Part shown: in pieces, positions 7,033 through 10,520 of the stretch | Numbering within the stretch: the first letter of the stretch is position 1 | Layout: the number at the start of each line of letters is the position of its first letter | Assembly (NCBI GenBank): GCA_046581755.1 | Contig: JAYGFR010000303.1 | Span: 1 to 10,520 of the forward strand | DNA: 10,520 nucleotides | Origin: Nitrospinota bacterium | Lineage (GTDB): Bacteria > UBA8248 | Direction of reading: 5' to 3' | Notes under the pieces: model-generated | What the model was told of the DNA's origin: nothing | What the model saw: only the letters and a program-made list of their open reading frames with translations | Databases searched by the model: none | Position numbers and translations under genes: made by a program

Positions 7033-7175
7033 ATGATTGTTAACCATTCCGGACCCGCTTTCCGGAAAATTCCTCCTTGCCCGGCCCTTCCATCTATGTA
7101 ACTATATTACAATCATTTGCGTAGTTTCGCCCATGTCATGGAATGATGGAATGGTAGATTAATTTGAATTCCATC
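7033..7175. promoter_or_regulatory. AT-rich divergent control region with several inverted repeats
   Basis: ATGATTGT (7033-7040) / ACAATCAT (7109-7116); TTCCGGA-N7-TCCGGAA (7047-7067); TGTAA-N5-TTACA (7097-7111); ATGGAATG x2 (7138-7153); GATGGAAT (7145-7152) / ATTCCATC (7168-7175). Confidence 0.55.
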
Positions 7176-9521
7176 CGATTTGCCGTCTTCATCCCTTTCG
7201 CCGTCGCCGTCGCGGTTCCCTATTTCGCCAACCGCTACCGGAAAATAGCCGCCTGGTTCGCCATCGCGGCGCCGGTGGGGAGCCTCTGGGCGCTGATCCA
7301 ACTCTACGGCGATTGGAACGCGGCAGGCCGGAAGGCCATTCTCCACACCATCGCCTGGGCGCCTTCGGCCAATCTGGAAGTCTCCTTCCTGGTGGACGGC
7401 CTCAGCCTCATGTGGGGATTCCTCGTCGCCGGAATCGGTTTCCTTATCGTCCTCTACTCGCACTGGTATCTGCACGAACACGAAGACATGGGCCGCTACT
7501 ACGGCTGGCTCATCGCCTTCATGGGCTCGATGATGGGGGTGGTGTTCTCCGATCATCTGATCACGCTCTTTATCTTCTGGGAGTTGACCAGCGTCACATC
7601 CTTTTTCCTGATCGGGTACTGGTCCGACCGGCCGGCCGCCGTTTACGGCTCGCAAAAGGCGTTGCTCATCACCGGCGGCGGCGGGCTCGCGATGCTCGCG
7701 GGATTTCTCCTCCTGGGCCAGGCCACCGGCGAATGGCACCTCTCCCGGCTCATCGCCATGCCCGGGGTCGCGGAGAAGGTCTCGCTGGCCGCCTTCGTGC
7801 TCATCATCATGGGCGCGGCGACCAAGAGCGCCCAGTGGCCCTTCCACATCTGGCTTCCCAACGCGATGGAAGCGCCGACGCCGATCAGCGCCTTCCTCCA
7901 CTCGGCCACCATGGTGAAGGCGGGCATCTATCTCCTCTCGCGTTTTTATCCCATCCTCGGAGATCATCCGGCCTGGGGGTACATCGTCATCGGGCTCGGG
8001 ATGACGACGATGATCGCCGGGGGGCTCCTCTCCCTGCGGGCCTTCGATCTCAAGGCAATCCTGGCCTACGGGACCATCAGCCAGCTCGGCCTCCTCGTGA
8101 CGCTCCTCGGCTTCGGGGGCAAGGAAGCCATCATCGGCGCCACCCTCCATCTGTATAACCATGCGGCGGCCAAGGCGGCCATGTTCATGGTGGTGGGAAT
8201 CATCGACCACGAAACGGGAACGCGGGATATCCGGCTCCTCGGCCATCTGGCCCGGAAAATGCCGCGCTGCCATATTCTCGCCGTCCTGGCGGCCATCAGC
8301 CTGATCGGCATCCCCCCCATGGGGGGCTTCATCACCAAGGAAATGCTCTACGGGGTCAGCATCCACCCCGGCGGGCCGGGAAACTGGGCGGCCTTCTGGC
8401 CCTGGCTAACCCTCTGCGCCGGCATCATCACCGCCCTCTACCATCTCCGCTTCCTGGGCGCTCCCTTCTGGACACCGGCCGAGGGGGAATCTCCCAAGCC
8501 GGGGCATGATCCCTCGCCGGGGTTTCTGGCGGCGCCCGCGATTCTGGTGGTCCTGGCGATCGCCTTCGGGGTGGCGCCCTGGCTGATTCAGGACGCCATC
8601 ATCGCGCCGGCCGCGTCGGCGACGCTGAGCGGCGGCCCGCCCCTGGCGCTTCATCTGGTTCTCTGGCACGGCGTGAACCAGCCGCTCGTCATGACCATCA
8701 TCACGGTGGCGGCTTCCCTTTTCCTCTACTGGAAGCTCGATGCGGTCTCGAAATTCTTGGACGCCGCGGCGGAGCTCTGGAAATCGGCCCCCGGCCCGAA
8801 CAAAATCTACGACGGCACCCTTTTCATTCTGAAGGAGCGCACCTGGCCCCTGCTCCTCTCCCTTCAAGACGGCAATCTCCGCCGCTACATGCGCTGGTCG
8901 ATGACGATTCCCGCCCTCCTCCTCCTCACCGCCGGCCTGTGGATGAGTTGGGGGCCGGGCATCTGGCCCTCATTCGGCGGGGTGACCGTCCTCGGCGCCT
9001 CGGTGTGCATCCTGATCTCGATTTCGGCGGTGGCCACCGCCCTGTTCCCCCGGCGGCTTTCGGCCCTCCTGGCCCTCGGGACGGCCGGATACGCCATCGT
9101 GGGGCTCTATGTGATCCTGAAGGCGCCCGATTTGGCGCTGACCCAGATCATGATCGAATCCGCCACGGTCATCTTGTTTCTCCTGGCGTTCTGGTACCTG
9201 CCCGAGATAAAGATTGCGCCCCGGACCGCGGGCCGCAAAACGCGCGACTGGGCCATCGCCATTTTCCTGGGCGCCATCTCCACCGCCGGAATGGCGCTCG
9301 CCATGAACACACGCCATTACAATTTCGGGACGGTCGCCGACTACTTCATGCGAACGAGCAAGCCGGTGGCCGGGTTCCGGAACGTCGTCAACGCCATCAT
9401 CGTGGACTACCGGGGATACGACACGCTGGGAGAGATTACGGTCCTGGTGATTTCGGGCATCGCGATTTTCGCCATTCTCCGCATCGTCGGAACGATGCAA
9501 CACGATGAGGGGGGCCACTGA
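7164..9521 (+). CDS. mrpA: Mrp multisubunit Na+(K+)/H+ antiporter subunit A
   Basis: 785-aa polytopic NuoL-like protein with [50 protein letters not shown] and GFITKE, plus the MrpA-specific C-terminal APDLALTQ and [21 protein letters not shown] start; an in-frame TAG at 7155 prevents upstream extension. Confidence 0.95.
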   Translation: MNSIRFAVFIPFAVAVAVPYFANRYRKIAAWFAIAAPVGSLWALIQLYGDWNAAGRKAILHTIAWAPSANLEVSFLVDGLSLMWGFLVAGIGFLIVLYSHWYLHEHEDMGRYYGWLIAFMGSMMGVVFSDHLITLFIFWELTSVTSFFLIGYWSDRPAAVYGSQKALLITGGGGLAMLAGFLLLGQATGEWHLSRLIAMPGVAEKVSLAAFVLIIMGAATKSAQWPFHIWLPNAMEAPTPISAFLHSATMVKAGIYLLSRFYPILGDHPAWGYIVIGLGMTTMIAGGLLSLRAFDLKAILAYGTISQLGLLVTLLGFGGKEAIIGATLHLYNHAAAKAAMFMVVGIIDHETGTRDIRLLGHLARKMPRCHILAVLAAISLIGIPPMGGFITKEMLYGVSIHPGGPGNWAAFWPWLTLCAGIITALYHLRFLGAPFWTPAEGESPKPGHDPSPGFLAAPAILVVLAIAFGVAPWLIQDAIIAPAASATLSGGPPLALHLVLWHGVNQPLVMTIITVAASLFLYWKLDAVSKFLDAAAELWKSAPGPNKIYDGTLFILKERTWPLLLSLQDGNLRRYMRWSMTIPALLLLTAGLWMSWGPGIWPSFGGVTVLGASVCILISISAVATALFPRRLSALLALGTAGYAIVGLYVILKAPDLALTQIMIESATVILFLLAFWYLPEIKIAPRTAGRKTRDWAIAIFLGAISTAGMALAMNTRHYNFGTVADYFMRTSKPVAGFRNVVNAIIVDYRGYDTLGEITVLVISGIAIFAILRIVGTMQHDEGGH

Positions 9522-9522
9522 G

Positions 9523-9957
9523 ATGCGCTCCCTGATTTTGCAGACGATCGCCCCTGTCGTGCTCCACCTGACGATCATTTTTTCGGTCTTCCTTCTTCTC
9601 TATGGACATAATCAGCCGGGCGGAGGGTTTATCGCCGGCCTCATGACGGCGGTGGGGATCGTTCTCCAGTGGGTGGCTTTCGACGCCAAAGAGGGGTGGA
9701 CCCGCTACAACTGGCCCTGGACCCGCATATTCGCGGGCGGCCTGGTGCTCTCCTCGTGCGTGGGACTGTTCGGCCTCCTTTCGGGGTATTTCCTCAAAAG
9801 TTCGATTTTCGAGTTCACCCTGCCCTTTATCGGCACGGTGGAGGTTCTGACGGCGTTTTTCTTCGACCTCGGCGTCTACGCGGTCGTCGTGGCGGTATTG
9901 ATGTCCATCCTCACGAATTTCTGCGACCGGCGGGCGGTCAAAAGAGAGGGGAGCTGA
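9523..9957 (+). CDS. mrpB: Mrp antiporter subunit B
   Basis: [13 protein letters not shown] and FFDLGVY motifs. ATG at 9523 lies 1 nt after the mrpA stop with GAGGGG upstream (track start 9505). Confidence 0.94.
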   Translation: MRSLILQTIAPVVLHLTIIFSVFLLLYGHNQPGGGFIAGLMTAVGIVLQWVAFDAKEGWTRYNWPWTRIFAGGLVLSSCVGLFGLLSGYFLKSSIFEFTLPFIGTVEVLTAFFFDLGVYAVVVAVLMSILTNFCDRRAVKREGS

Positions 9958-9964
9958 TTCCGGG

Positions 9965-10312
9965 ATGACTTGGTTTATATCCATCACCATCGGCGTTCTC
10001 GTGGCGACGGGCGCCTATCTGATCATGCAGCGCCGGGTGATCCAGGTGATTCTGGGATTCTCCCTCCTGAGCCACGCCACCAACCTGATGATCGTCGCCT
10101 CGGGCTGGATCGGCGACGGCCTCACGCCCATCCTCCGGCTGGGCCGCGGCCTGAAGCCCGATGCCTACGTGGACCCTCTTCCCCAGGCGATGGTCCTGAC
10201 CGCCATCGTGATCAGCTTCGCGGTCACGGCGTTTCTCCTCGTTCTGGCCCTGGACGTGTACCGGAAGTTCGGCACCGATGACTTGGATAAAATCCGGAGG
10301 CTCAAGGGATGA
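9965..10312 (+). CDS. mrpC: Mrp antiporter subunit C
   Basis: Three hydrophobic helices with LLSHATNL and DPLPQAMVLTAIVISF motifs. Confidence 0.95.
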   Translation: MTWFISITIGVLVATGAYLIMQRRVIQVILGFSLLSHATNLMIVASGWIGDGLTPILRLGRGLKPDAYVDPLPQAMVLTAIVISFAVTAFLLVLALDVYRKFGTDDLDKIRRLKG

Positions 10313-10520
10313 GTGCGATCCTGCCGCTGCCCGTGGTGCTGCCGCTGCTGACGGGGATCGGGCTGTTCATGATCCGCCACCGGCAGGACCTCCAGGAGCG
10401 GCTCAGCATCGCCTCGCTGGCGGCGAACCTCGTGGCGGCGCTCGTCATCATCCGCGCCGTCTCCGGGGGGGAGATGCTCTTTCACCGCATGGGAATGTGG
10501 CCGTTTCCCTACGGGATCAT
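10309..10520 (+). CDS. mrpD: Mrp antiporter subunit D, 5' part (truncated by the window edge)
   Basis: ATGA overlap with the mrpC stop. Translates MSAILPLPVVLPLLTGIG...HRMGMWPFPYGI, the G-x-W-x-x-P-Y-G-I motif of the MrpD N-terminus, in the expected gene order. Confidence 0.9.
   Translation, partial: MSAILPLPVVLPLLTGIGLFMIRHRQDLQERLSIASLAANLVAALVIIRAVSGGEMLFHRMGMWPFPYGI

Noticed and set aside
6245..7036. 263-aa plus-strand ORF and alternative minus-frame ORFs
   Set aside because: Shadows of the lactonase-family gene.
7113..8366. 417-aa minus-strand ORF and other ORFs within mrpA
   Set aside because: Antisense to a highly conserved membrane-protein gene, with no independent support.
7164..9521. 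Calling this gene nuoL (complex I)
   Set aside because: The extra C-terminal APDLALTQ and [10 protein letters not shown] region and the following mrpB/C/D genes identify it as Mrp.
1..10520. CRISPR array, IS element, integrase or prophage
   Set aside because: No repeat-spacer periodicity, transposase/integrase motifs or terminal inverted repeats were seen; the 16-bp repeat has no spacer.

Overview
GC-rich bacterial window with no RNA genes, CRISPR array or mobile element visible. From left to right: (i) a minus-strand run containing a TatD/COG1099-type metallohydrolase (truncated at the left edge and missing from the ORF track), a DoxX/YkgB-like membrane protein, a luciferase-like (LLM) oxidoreductase and an unrecognised membrane-anchored coiled-coil protein; (ii) a divergent plus-strand pair, a CoxD/MoxR-type AAA+ ATPase and a CoxE-type VWA protein, with no molybdo-hydroxylase genes in view; (iii) a convergent minus-strand pair, an exported DUF4864-like protein and an AHL-lactonase-family metallo-beta-lactamase; (iv) the start of a group-1 Mrp cation/H+ antiporter operon (mrpA, B, C and the 5' end of mrpD). 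Most of it is ordinary metabolic/housekeeping DNA and I cannot demonstrate a new system from the sequence alone. The best leads are the structured, ATG-dense mrpA leader, the orphan CoxDE-like chaperone pair with an unusual charged tail, an exact 16-bp tandem duplication in the LLM leader, and a G-quadruplex-type tract in the divergent promoter region. Family calls come from motif recognition by eye, not database searches.
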